From an uncultured Alistipes sp. (GTDB taxonomy: Bacteria; Bacteroidota; Bacteroidia; Bacteroidales; Rikenellaceae): a stretch of DNA of 34,955 nt. The position numbers and the translations under genes are program-made. The stretch is from NCBI GenBank assembly GCA_949296995.1, contig CASFSC010000147.1:1-34955 (forward strand), given 5' to 3'. Position 1 is the first letter of the stretch, and the number at the start of each line of letters is the position of its first letter. Shown here one piece after another: positions 1 through 9,244 of this stretch. Below the pieces are notes generated by a model that was not told the origin of the DNA, did no database searches, and was given only the letters and a program-made list of their open reading frames with translations.

Positions 1-1302
1 ACTATATTGTACAACAGGATCGTTGGCATACAGATAGATAACATTACCATTGCGGTCAGTCTGATTTTCTTTCACCAAAGCATTGTATTCAGACAATGTG
101 AAATATTTTTTATCTATATTTTTCAACAAAATGAAATCGGTTGCTTTTTCTGCAAATTTTTCATCCGTCACAACTCCATATTCGATAAAGATCTTGAGAT
201 CATCCCATTTTTCCTCATAGTCCTTACGTTTCTGAGTGAAAATATCATTAAGACGTTCCGCAACCTTACGAGTAATATAACCAGATATTTTCTTAACATT
301 GGAATCACTTTGCAGATAACTTCTCGACACATTCAATGGAATATCCGGAGAATCTATAACCCCATGCAGCAATGTCAGGAATTCAGGAACTATACCTTCA
401 ACAGAATCAGTTACAAACACCTGATTACTGTAAAGTTGAATCTTGTTTTTCTGTATTTCGAAATTGTTGCGAATTTTAGGAAAATACAAAATACCTGTCA
501 GATTAAACGGATAGTCTATATTCAGATGTATATAGAATAAAGGCGCTTCCGACATCGGATACAACTTTTCATAAAATTCGAGGTATTCTTTATCTGTCAA
601 ATCATTCGGTTTGCTATTCCACAGTGGAGCCGTATCGTTTATTATGTTGTCCTCATCTGTTTCGACATATTTACCATCTTTCCACTCTTTCTTCTTACCG
701 AAAGCAATAGGAACTGGAAGGAAACTGCAATGTTTTTTCAAAATACCTTCAATACGTCCCTGATCGGCAAATTCAGAACTATCTTCTGAAATGTGAAGAA
801 TAACATCCGTTCCACGTTTACGTTGTTCTTCAGCCTCTTCCATTGTATATTCAGGGGTACCATCGCAAGTCCAACGCATAGTTTTGGCACCTTCCTTATA
901 AGACTGAGTTATCAGTTCAACCTTATCGGCAACCATAAATGCAGAATAGAATCCCAAACCGAAATGCCCTATGATAGACTGATTTTTATACTTTTCAAGA
1001 AATTCTTCAGCACTTGAAAAGGCTATCTGGTTGATATATTTATCTATTTCTTCAGCGGTCATACCAATACCTTCATCAGATATTGTAAGGGTTTTCTTTT
1101 CCGGATCTACCGATACGTGAATCGTTATATCACCCAACTCGCCCTTGAATTCACCTTTGGAAGAAATAGCTTTCATCTTCTGCGTAGCATCTACAGCATT
1201 GGCAACAAGCTCACGCAAAAAGATATCATGGTCCGAATAAAGAAATTTCTTGATAATCGGAAAAATGTTCTCAGTGGTAACACCAATTTTACCGTTTTGC
1301 AT
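1..1302 (-). CDS. htpG: Molecular chaperone HtpG (Hsp90), 3'-truncated by window edge
   Basis: Manual translation from ATG at 1302: MQNGKIGVTTENIFPIIKKFLYSDHDIFLRELVANAVDA...DEGIGMT...IIGHFGLGFYSAFMVAD (Hsp90 GHKL motifs). Frame is still in register at base 1 (...YANDPVVQYS). Absent from ORF track because there is no stop in the window. Confidence 0.97.
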   Translation of the reverse strand, partial: MQNGKIGVTTENIFPIIKKFLYSDHDIFLRELVANAVDATQKMKAISSKGEFKGELGDITIHVSVDPEKKTLTISDEGIGMTAEEIDKYINQIAFSSAEEFLEKYKNQSIIGHFGLGFYSAFMVADKVELITQSYKEGAKTMRWTCDGTPEYTMEEAEEQRKRGTDVILHISEDSSEFADQGRIEGILKKHCSFLPVPIAFGKKKEWKDGKYVETDEDNIINDTAPLWNSKPNDLTDKEYLEFYEKLYPMSEAPLFYIHLNIDYPFNLTGILYFPKIRNNFEIQKNKIQLYSNQVFVTDSVEGIVPEFLTLLHGVIDSPDIPLNVSRSYLQSDSNVKKISGYITRKVAERLNDIFTQKRKDYEEKWDDLKIFIEYGVVTDEKFAEKATDFILLKNIDKKYFTLSEYNALVKENQTDRNGNVIYLYANDPVVQYS

Positions 1303-1351
1303 ATCTTATAATATTTTTAATTGTTATATTTCTTTTTTTCAAATAGAATTA

Positions 1352-1391
1352 ACAATTAATGTGCCATTGAATATACGATGACAAATTGGCA
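1352..1391 (-). promoter_or_regulatory. Putative sigma54-type -24/-12 promoter of htpG plus upstream palindrome-like site
   Basis: Minus strand reads TGCCAATTTGTCA-N12-TGGCAC-ATTAA-TTGT (sigma54 consensus TGGCAC-N5-TTGC), about 50 nt upstream of the htpG ATG. Confidence 0.5.
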
Positions 1392-1402
1392 GACCAAGAA
1401 AT

Positions 1403-1451
1403 AAAAAAGGCTGTCAAAATGTGCATCCCAACAGGAGCATTTTAACAGCCT
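1403..1451 (-). terminator. Rho-independent terminator after the esterase/SMP-30 gene
   Basis: Imperfect inverted repeat AGGCTGTCAAAATG...CATTTTAACAGCCT followed by a T-run on the minus strand. Confidence 0.7.
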
Positions 1452-1512
1452 GCAAATTTGACCTGTATTATCGAACTATATGCCTGATTTCAGAATATAT
1501 TGTAACATATTA

Positions 1513-3141
1513 TCATCTTGCGATGCCTGAAACATTCATGTCACGTTGATATATACGCCCATTGCAAATTATGTATAAAACAGACAGGTCCTTTCCTCCA
1601 AAACACAAATCAGTAACAGCCCCTTCTGGCAAAGACATAATCGTTCGGACTTTCCCATCAGAATCACACACCTGTACACCCATAGTTGTTGCCACATACA
1701 GATTTCCTTTGACATCTATCGCCATTGCTTTGGCTTCACTCATATCCGGCATGCCATCCGTTCTTTCGGGAGTATGCAGCCAACACCAACGCTGTCCATA
1801 TTTAAGGGTTCCATCTTTTTCGACAAGATATGTGTTTATCCATCGAGACTGGTTATCCGAAACATACATCATACGTTCATCCGATGATAAAACCATCGCT
1901 TCAGGAGCCCATAAATTTTCGACTACTTTAACATATCGTTTACCTTGTTTGAGCTCTATAGAAGCAAAACCATAATCCGATCTATTTTTACCACCTTTAT
2001 TTATCATGTATGACATTCCTGAAGTAGTAGTCACAGCACCATGCGGAATATCGATATCCGTTTCAGATATACTTCCATCATGATTCAATTTATATGTTTT
2101 CCCATTCATGTCTGAGAAAAAAACATTTCCTTCCTTATCCGAAGTCATTCCAACTGCAGATGTTATATCCGAAGATGACAATTTCCAAGTTTTACCTGGG
2201 ACAAGTATCTCTTTCTGCTGATCATTTCCTGTCGGGCCATTAGCGACAGGGGCAGGCCATCCACGCCATAGCCATCTCATAGCATCAGGGAAAATTTCAG
2301 TAGCCTGAATACCGTCATGTCCTCCCCGTTCGCTCCACTGATGATTGACCTCATAACCGGCAAAATTCAGGGCTGCTTCCAAATCGACATTTCCTTTGAA
2401 CCAATCTCCGAAAAGAGGATTCCAGGCATCACGCCGTCCATCTTCCAAAAATACACGTATAGGTTTAGGTTCCGTTTTTCTCACAAGTACCGGATAACCA
2501 TCCCCACCACGCATACCTGTAAATGAGCCTATGGCGCTGAATACTCTACTGAACCTGTCGGGACGTTCCCATGCAGCTGTAAATGCAGCTATACCGCCAC
2601 TACTGGCACCTGCTATGGAACGGTCTTTTGCATCTTTGGAAATACGTATAGGGCGTCCATCTGAAGTTGTATGCTTTTCAACATCGGGCAATAATTCTGT
2701 CTCGATAAAATTAACCATATCGTCATTCATCGCATCGAATTCATAACTGCGATTAGGACGGAACAACTTGCCTTCATTGTCCTTAACATTTCCGGGAGCC
2801 ATAAAAACCCCTATTATAACAGGCAACTCACCCTTATATATCAGATTATCGAAAACCGTAGGTGCATTGAACTGTATACCATCGAAATTGAAGTGAAGGC
2901 ATGCAGGTTTCGAGGCATCATACTGCGCAGGCACATAAACCCAATATTCACGGACAGTTCCAGGATATATTCGAGAACTGTCCAATGTAAAATGAAGTAT
3001 TTCTCCTTTAAGGACATTTTCATTGACCTGTTTATCAGGATCAAAAGGATAACGTGCATTGTACTGTTCCTGTCCAAAAACAGAAAATGCCATGAACGCA
3101 GACACTGCGAACATGGCACAAAATCTTATAATAGGTTTCAT
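1513..3141 (-). CDS. Secreted alpha/beta-hydrolase (enterochelin-esterase-like) fused to an SMP-30/gluconolactonase-like beta-propeller
   Basis: Signal peptide ending VFG|Q. Contains R-YWVYVPAQY, nucleophile elbow GASSGG and GGH. C-terminal GNLYVAT and LCFGG...LY propeller motifs. Confidence 0.85.
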   Translation of the reverse strand: MKPIIRFCAMFAVSAFMAFSVFGQEQYNARYPFDPDKQVNENVLKGEILHFTLDSSRIYPGTVREYWVYVPAQYDASKPACLHFNFDGIQFNAPTVFDNLIYKGELPVIIGVFMAPGNVKDNEGKLFRPNRSYEFDAMNDDMVNFIETELLPDVEKHTTSDGRPIRISKDAKDRSIAGASSGGIAAFTAAWERPDRFSRVFSAIGSFTGMRGGDGYPVLVRKTEPKPIRVFLEDGRRDAWNPLFGDWFKGNVDLEAALNFAGYEVNHQWSERGGHDGIQATEIFPDAMRWLWRGWPAPVANGPTGNDQQKEILVPGKTWKLSSSDITSAVGMTSDKEGNVFFSDMNGKTYKLNHDGSISETDIDIPHGAVTTTSGMSYMINKGGKNRSDYGFASIELKQGKRYVKVVENLWAPEAMVLSSDERMMYVSDNQSRWINTYLVEKDGTLKYGQRWCWLHTPERTDGMPDMSEAKAMAIDVKGNLYVATTMGVQVCDSDGKVRTIMSLPEGAVTDLCFGGKDLSVLYIICNGRIYQRDMNVSGIAR

Positions 3142-3163
3142 TTCATATTATTAAAATAGTCTG

Positions 3164-3571
3164 TCAATCAAAATACGGCTTTAGAAGGTTCACAAAATAT
3201 TCGGGAACACGACATGCATGACGAGTTTTGCTATTCATAAATGCAAGAGTAACTGCCCCCGTATTTATCAGATCTCCATTTTCACGATAAATTTCATAAT
3301 CAAAACGCATCCTTACTTGTGGCATTTTAGCAAGTTTGACTCTAACTGTCAGCAAATCATCATCGTATGCCGGTGAAATATAATTACTTTGCACTTCAAG
3401 TACAGGTAACATTACACCGTACTCTTCCATTTCATTATAAGTCGTTCCGAACTCGCGCAACATCTCCGTACGTGCGACTTCATAATATCTCACATAATTG
3501 GAATGGTGCACTATACCCATGCAATCCGTTTCGTAATACCTTACGCGTATTTTAACATCGCGAACTATCAT
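3164..3571 (-). CDS. Acyl-CoA thioesterase, YbgC/FadM hot-dog family
   Basis: RVRYYETDCMGIVHHSNYVRYYEVAR motif, 135 aa. Confidence 0.9.
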   Translation of the reverse strand: MIVRDVKIRVRYYETDCMGIVHHSNYVRYYEVARTEMLREFGTTYNEMEEYGVMLPVLEVQSNYISPAYDDDLLTVRVKLAKMPQVRMRFDYEIYRENGDLINTGAVTLAFMNSKTRHACRVPEYFVNLLKPYFD

Positions 3572-3576
3572 TGTTG

Positions 3577-5049
3577 TTACTCTCCCCTGCTGTAATTAGG
3601 TGCTTCACGCGTAATGGTAACATCATGAGGATGACTTTCCTGCATTCCGGAATTGGTAATACGTATAAAACGGGCTTTCTTCAAAGTTTCTATATCAGGT
3701 GCACCACAATAACCCATACCAGCACGAAGACCTCCTATCATCTGATAAACTACTTCGGACAAATTACCTTTATATGGAACACGGGCTGCAATACCTTCTG
3801 GAACCAATTTTTTGATATCATCTTCCACATCCTGGAAATATCTGTCTTTAGAACCTTTTTGCATCGCCTCGATAGAACCCATACCTCGGTATGATTTAAA
3901 TTTACGTCCGTTATAAATGATGGTTTCTCCAGGAGATTCTTCAACACCGGCAAACAAAGAACCGGCCATAACAGAATCTGCACCTGCCGCTATAGCTTTA
4001 ACGATATCTCCGGAATAACGTATACCACCATCCGCTATCACAGGGACATCCATACCTTTAAGTGCTTTAGCCACATCGTATATGGCTGTCAACTGTGGAA
4101 CGCCAACACCAGCAATAACACGTGTAGTACATATAGATCCGGGACCGATACCGACTTTAACTCCATCAGCTCCTGCCTCAGCCAATAATTTTGCAGCGGC
4201 ACCCGTAGCAATGTTTCCTACTACGACATCCAATTCTGGATATTGAGCTTTCACCTTTTTCAAAAGCTGTATGACATACATCGAATGGCCATGTGCAGTA
4301 TCTATTACGATAGCATCGGCCTGTGCTTCATATACGGCAGCTATACGTTCCATGGAATCGGCAGTAACTCCCACACCGGCAGCAACTCTCAAACGACCTT
4401 TTGCATCTTTTGCTGCATTGGGATTTGCCCTGACTTTTGTTATATCCTTATACGTCAGCAAACCGACCAAACGATTGTGTTCATCAACAACCGGAAGTTT
4501 TTCAATTTTATTCTGCAAGAGTATATCCGATGCTGTTTGCAAATCAGGATTATGCGTTGTAATAAGATTTTCCTTGGTCATAACCTCTTCTATACGGCGA
4601 GACAAATCTTTCTGGAAACGCAAATCGCGGTTGGTAACAATACCAATAAGTGTTTTATCAGCTGTAATAACCGGAATACCTCCGATACGGTTTTCTTTCA
4701 TTAAAACAAGGGCATCGCCTACCGTATTATCCTTTCCGATAGTAATAGGATCGTAAATCATGCCATTTTCTGCACGTTTAACTTTACGCACTTGGGCTGC
4801 CTGTTCGGATATGGTCATATTTTTATGTATTACACCGATACCTCCCTGGCGTGCAATGGCAATAGCAAGATCAGCTTCGGTAACCGTATCCATGGCAGCC
4901 GAAACTATCGGGGTATTGATTGCCACATTGCGTGAAAAACGAGATGCAATATTTACTGTTCTGGGAAGAACTTCCGAGTATGCCGGAATTAAAAGCACGT
5001 CATCAAAGGTTAAACCTTCTGACTCAATTTTATCATCAATGAAAGACAT
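3577..5049 (-). CDS. guaB: IMP dehydrogenase with CBS pair
   Basis: [19 protein letters not shown], catalytic [29 protein letters not shown]. Confidence 0.98.
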   Translation of the reverse strand: MSFIDDKIESEGLTFDDVLLIPAYSEVLPRTVNIASRFSRNVAINTPIVSAAMDTVTEADLAIAIARQGGIGVIHKNMTISEQAAQVRKVKRAENGMIYDPITIGKDNTVGDALVLMKENRIGGIPVITADKTLIGIVTNRDLRFQKDLSRRIEEVMTKENLITTHNPDLQTASDILLQNKIEKLPVVDEHNRLVGLLTYKDITKVRANPNAAKDAKGRLRVAAGVGVTADSMERIAAVYEAQADAIVIDTAHGHSMYVIQLLKKVKAQYPELDVVVGNIATGAAAKLLAEAGADGVKVGIGPGSICTTRVIAGVGVPQLTAIYDVAKALKGMDVPVIADGGIRYSGDIVKAIAAGADSVMAGSLFAGVEESPGETIIYNGRKFKSYRGMGSIEAMQKGSKDRYFQDVEDDIKKLVPEGIAARVPYKGNLSEVVYQMIGGLRAGMGYCGAPDIETLKKARFIRITNSGMQESHPHDVTITREAPNYSRGE

Positions 5050-5072
5050 GGTATGGGATATTTAAATTTTGG

Positions 5073-5080
5073 CAAAAGTA
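5073..5080 (-). promoter_or_regulatory. Bacteroidetes sigma-A -7 box for guaB
   Basis: TACTTTTG on minus strand (TAnnTTTG), about 24 nt upstream of the ATG. Confidence 0.65.
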
Positions 5081-5119
5081 CAAAAATTTTGTCTAAAACA
5101 GAACATTCGCGTCACAATT

Positions 5120-5890
5120 TTACGCAAACTTAACAAGAACCGGGCCTGATGGTAAAACCTTTCCCAAAGCACCTACACGTATCTCTTTGTTAGCGTGCAC
5201 TCTGGCAATAGCTTTAATCCAATCATCTCCGCATTTAACTTCGACAGGATATTCTCCCTCTTTAGGCAAAAGTTTGTATTCCGAGATTTCATGCAAGAAA
5301 CCTTCTTTATCCATTTCGGCCATGATAAAATAGGAATGTCCGAGATAATTTAATGCATCTCGCATTTTACCTCTATGGATTAACGTACGTATAACCGTTG
5401 AACTGACTTTATTGCCATCGACCGTATGTTTAGGCATCTCGTATATCTCTATACCCAGCTCTTTTCCCAATTCAGACAAATTAGCTGCATTACCCTCCTT
5501 ATTATGACCGAAATGATGATTATATCCCACCAATAATGTATGTACATGTAATTGCCCGACAATATATTTTCCGATAAAATCGTGGTAACTTATCATACTA
5601 AACTCTCTGGTAAAATTCACTATTATCAGATTATCAATACCAGCTTTTTCCAACAGTAATATTTTCTCCGGCATAGTAGTTATAAGCTGCACGGTGGAAT
5701 TATTTTCCAACACCATACGAGGATGCGGGGTAAAAGTAATCACTACACTCTCACCTTTCACTGTATGTGCTACGGCAGACAAATGAGCCAATATTTCCAT
5801 ATGTCCGCTGTGGACTCCATCATAAGAACCTATTGTCACAACCGGGTTCTTAATTTTCCCAACATTTTCAAATCCGTGAAATACTTTCAT
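5120..5890 (-). CDS. RibF-like FAD synthetase (FMN adenylyltransferase) with degenerate riboflavin-kinase domain
   Basis: TIGSYDGVHSGH, TFTPHP, VGYNHHFG, VSSTVIR. ATG at 5890 preferred over the TTG at 5896. C-terminal part lacks GFPTAN. Confidence 0.85.
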   Translation of the reverse strand: MKVFHGFENVGKIKNPVVTIGSYDGVHSGHMEILAHLSAVAHTVKGESVVITFTPHPRMVLENNSTVQLITTMPEKILLLEKAGIDNLIIVNFTREFSMISYHDFIGKYIVGQLHVHTLLVGYNHHFGHNKEGNAANLSELGKELGIEIYEMPKHTVDGNKVSSTVIRTLIHRGKMRDALNYLGHSYFIMAEMDKEGFLHEISEYKLLPKEGEYPVEVKCGDDWIKAIARVHANKEIRVGALGKVLPSGPVLVKFA

Positions 5891-5892
5891 AA

Positions 5893-6537
5893 TCAACTAT
5901 TTTCTTCATTTTCCTTAACAAAATAGGCAACTTTTTCCAAAACCGTGGTAATATCATAATTTTCAACAAAAATACCGCGAGGGAAATTCAATGGTTTAGA
6001 GGTAAAATTCAACACTCCTTTTATACCTGCATTGATAATAGGTAAGACCAATTCCGAAGCGACATCCGTAGGAGAGGAAAGTATGACAATTTTTATATCA
6101 TGTTCAGCAACCTTATTTTCGAATTCACTCATATCATAACAAGGAATACCGTCGATTATTTTTCCCACTTTATCGGGATCCACATCAAAAGATGCCACGA
6201 TAGATAATTTCGAACGTCTGCCATTAAAATATTTGGTAAGAGCCTGACCCAAGTTACCTATACCTATAACACCGATATTAACAACATTGGGATTATCGAG
6301 TATTTCGCTGATAAAATCTATAAGCACCTCTACGTCATACCCTTTTTTCGTATCGCTCGAAAAACCGATGAGCATCAGATCACGACGCACCTGCACAGCG
6401 GTAATTCCATGAATTCCAGCCAATATATGTGAAAAAATATGCGTAATACCCTGTTCGTGACAAGATAGCAACGTACGCCGATATTCGCTCAGTCTCTCTA
6501 TTGTTTTTTCCGGGATATTATTCGGGACATTACTCAT
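5893..6537 (-). CDS. rex: Redox-sensing transcriptional repressor Rex
   Basis: IPEKTIERLSEYRR, QVRRDL, GY-V wing, Rossmann GIGNLG, FDVDP, GVLNFT. Confidence 0.92.
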   Translation of the reverse strand: MSNVPNNIPEKTIERLSEYRRTLLSCHEQGITHIFSHILAGIHGITAVQVRRDLMLIGFSSDTKKGYDVEVLIDFISEILDNPNVVNIGVIGIGNLGQALTKYFNGRRSKLSIVASFDVDPDKVGKIIDGIPCYDMSEFENKVAEHDIKIVILSSPTDVASELVLPIINAGIKGVLNFTSKPLNFPRGIFVENYDITTVLEKVAYFVKENEENS

Positions 6538-6567
6538 AGTTCGTCATGCTTATTTTCAAGGTAAACA

Positions 6568-6618
6568 CAAAGATAATAATTTTGCCGACATTAAGAATAA
6601 ACAAAAACACTATCTTTG
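6568..6618. promoter_or_regulatory. Back-to-back divergent sigma-A promoters for rex and the HAD gene
   Basis: TATCTTTG on minus strand at 6568-6575 and on plus strand at 6611-6618. Confidence 0.7.
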
Positions 6619-6638
6619 CACGCAAAATAGAATATAAA

Positions 6639-7229
6639 ATGAAAAAAGGGGTTATTTTTGACATGGATGGCGTTTTGGTTGACAACCGCGACGCTCACTT
6701 TGAAGCATTCATAATCTTTTGCCACGAATATGGATTAGAACTTGACCGCCAAAAACTGGATTCCCTTTTCGGGATGACCAATGAGGAAATTATTCCAGCC
6801 ATTCTTCCGGCAGACCTGATTGCAAAAAAAGGGCTAAAGGCACTCGGCGACGAAAAAGAGGCTGTCTATCGTCGCATATATGCAGAAACGATCGAACCCA
6901 CAAAAGGCCTCATTCCATTTTTACAAGAGCTGAAAGCTGCAGGTATAAAAACAGCAGTTGGTTCTTCTGGAAATACCGAAAACGTCAACTATGTTTTGGA
7001 AAAATGTAACATTGCGCAATATTTCGATGCCATAGCTAATGGAGACATGATAACTAAAGGTAAACCTGATCCTGAAGTATTTTTACTTGCCGCCGAAAAA
7101 ATGGGACTTAAACCATCTGAATGTGTCGTTATAGAGGACTCTTTTGCGGGAATAAAGGCTGCACGAAATGCCAACATGAGCGTCATAGCAATGGCGACCA
7201 CTTTCCCACCCGAAAAGAACAAGGATTAA
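6639..7229 (+). CDS. HAD-family phosphatase (beta-phosphoglucomutase/YqaB-like), apparently truncated by a premature TAA. Frame continues to 7289.
   Basis: Start at ATG 6639 (MKKGVIFDMDGVLVD), after the -7 box. Motifs GSSG, KGKPDPEVF, VIEDSFAGI. After TAA 7227-7229 the frame reads DLLVKDFTELSLAKINTLK*. Confidence 0.88.
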   Translation: MKKGVIFDMDGVLVDNRDAHFEAFIIFCHEYGLELDRQKLDSLFGMTNEEIIPAILPADLIAKKGLKALGDEKEAVYRRIYAETIEPTKGLIPFLQELKAAGIKTAVGSSGNTENVNYVLEKCNIAQYFDAIANGDMITKGKPDPEVFLLAAEKMGLKPSECVVIEDSFAGIKAARNANMSVIAMATTFPPEKNKD

Positions 7230-7346
7230 GATCTGCTGGTAAAAGATTTCACAGAGTTATCCCTTGCAAAAATAAACACTTTAAAATAACAACAAAATAG
7301 CAACTGGCTCTATCTACGTATCGATTTGATATACAGTCAAACGTTA

Positions 7347-9227
7347 CTATTTGACTTCGATTGTAAAATTACTTTGATAGCACACTAAAGCCCAATCTTG
7401 GTTAACAAACTTACCGCCGGGACGTTCTTGTTTGAACAAATACGGCGTTTGAAGCAATTTTACAGAACCGTCATTCAGATAATCCGCAAACTCACTGCCA
7501 TGCAATTTTATATTGCATACGAACAATTTGGCTTCATCATATCCTCTGTATGAATATAACGAAGGGAATGTACTGAATACCTTCATATATTTTTTGTCGA
7601 ACGCAGCCACACGTTCATTTCCTCTATCGGCATGATATGAGGTAACATACATAAGATTCAGTTTAAACAACAATCGCTGATCTATATTTTGGAATCTCGA
7701 CCAACGGGATGAACCAATAACCTTTATTACAGGATCCCCCATACTGCGCGCCACAATATTATTTTGCACAGAACTGATACGTGCCAATATGGCATCTACA
7801 ATATTTTCACTACGAGCCAATACGACAATTATATTTTCCTTGTCATTATTCAGACACTTTTCAATCTGCCCTGCAAAATTATCTTTGTTATAAGCGATCC
7901 TATGTGTCGGATTAGAAACAAGCGATGACATTTCCGTAGAGAATTCAGCATCATCAGCAGATGAAGATACGACGATCACATTTTTATCTCCCGCAATTAC
8001 ATTACGCAATTTGTCATTCTTTGTAGATTCCGCAGGTGCCACCTGGAACAACAAAGAATTATCGGCTTTTTTAATTGCAGCCAAAGGTGAAACAACCGGG
8101 ATTCCCTTACTGCGTGCAAAATCAGCCACCGGCGAAAACATTTCGTCATATACAGGTCCTATAATAATATCTGCTTCTTGCACTTCACGAGTTTTCAACA
8201 ATTCTCTTACTTCAGCTTCAGAACGTGCCGTATTAAAAAGGTCTATTTTGGTGGATACCCCCATAGGCTTTAATTCTTCAAGAGCCATCAATATACCCTG
8301 ATAAAATTCCACAAACTGACGATTATTAATACCGTTAACTCGTACAGGCAACATAACGACCAACTTGACGGGAGCCTCTATATTTATATTTTTCACCGGA
8401 ATATTTTCATTACTGTCAAGATAAAATTCATCCCAATCTGAAGGACGTAATGGATCAGACTGATCTGCAACAGTCGAAGAATTATCTGATGTATTCGGTT
8501 GTTGAGTTATTGCAGACATACTACCCTCTTTTTTAACCGGGATACGTATTATAGATCCCATTTTCAATCCATCCTGCAATGCACTTCTGTTATAATTCTG
8601 TATTGTTTCGATCGGAACATCATATTTTTTACTCAAAGAGTAAAGAGTTTCTCCCTGTGCAACCACATGATGTTCAAAGCTATCAGACAAACTATTCAAC
8701 GCATCTTTATATTCAGTCATTTGCTGATCTATCTCTTCGGGAGAGGTCTTTCCTTGACTATCCTTACGTATATTTAAGACCTGACCTATGGATAAATGAG
8801 CCGGATCGAAACCCTTATTATCCTCTATCAGGGTATTTAATGATATTCCATATCGTTTGGAGATAGAATATCCGGTTTCACCCTGGTTAACTACATGCGT
8901 AGTAAAATTACGTTTTATTTGACGTGGAGTCATATCCTCCACACTTTTATTTGCTGAATTGGCTCCGCCTTTTATAGGTATTTTCAATACTTGTCCCGAA
9001 CGTAATCCTTCAGCCGTCTGAGGATTATTTCTGCGTATATCATCCTCGCTGACATTATAAAGTTTACTCAAACCGTATAATGTCTCTTTAGGTTGTACCG
9101 TATGTACATAATAAGATTCTCCAAGTATCGTCACGACACTCTCTGAACGGCCATCGGATCCGACAGCATAAACACTGCTACTGTACAGTGCTACAATAAA
9201 ACTTAAAACAAATAATAACCTTTTCAT
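7347..9227 (-). CDS. LysM peptidoglycan-binding protein (3 LysM) with C-terminal type-1 periplasmic-binding-fold domain
   Basis: Signal peptide. Three LysM repeats: HTVQPKETLYGLSK, HVVNQGETGYSISK, HVVAQGETLYSLSK. Then VMLP...EFYQG...DIIIGPVY...VVSP...GYD. Confidence 0.85.
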   Translation of the reverse strand: MKRLLFVLSFIVALYSSSVYAVGSDGRSESVVTILGESYYVHTVQPKETLYGLSKLYNVSEDDIRRNNPQTAEGLRSGQVLKIPIKGGANSANKSVEDMTPRQIKRNFTTHVVNQGETGYSISKRYGISLNTLIEDNKGFDPAHLSIGQVLNIRKDSQGKTSPEEIDQQMTEYKDALNSLSDSFEHHVVAQGETLYSLSKKYDVPIETIQNYNRSALQDGLKMGSIIRIPVKKEGSMSAITQQPNTSDNSSTVADQSDPLRPSDWDEFYLDSNENIPVKNINIEAPVKLVVMLPVRVNGINNRQFVEFYQGILMALEELKPMGVSTKIDLFNTARSEAEVRELLKTREVQEADIIIGPVYDEMFSPVADFARSKGIPVVSPLAAIKKADNSLLFQVAPAESTKNDKLRNVIAGDKNVIVVSSSADDAEFSTEMSSLVSNPTHRIAYNKDNFAGQIEKCLNNDKENIIVVLARSENIVDAILARISSVQNNIVARSMGDPVIKVIGSSRWSRFQNIDQRLLFKLNLMYVTSYHADRGNERVAAFDKKYMKVFSTFPSLYSYRGYDEAKLFVCNIKLHGSEFADYLNDGSVKLLQTPYLFKQERPGGKFVNQDWALVCYQSNFTIEVK

Positions 9228-9244
9228 CCTCTATTATATCGGAT

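Noticed and set aside
7-1311. Plus-strand ORFs 7..540, 793..1017 and 1117..1311
   Set aside because: Antisense shadows of htpG with no recognisable motifs.
6546-6638. 31-aa N-terminal extension of the HAD ORF
   Set aside because: Runs through the promoter region. HAD motif I starts right after ATG 6639.
7227-7229. Alternative genetic code as the explanation for the HAD internal stop
   Set aside because: TAA, TAG and TGA all end conserved genes in the window at the expected positions.
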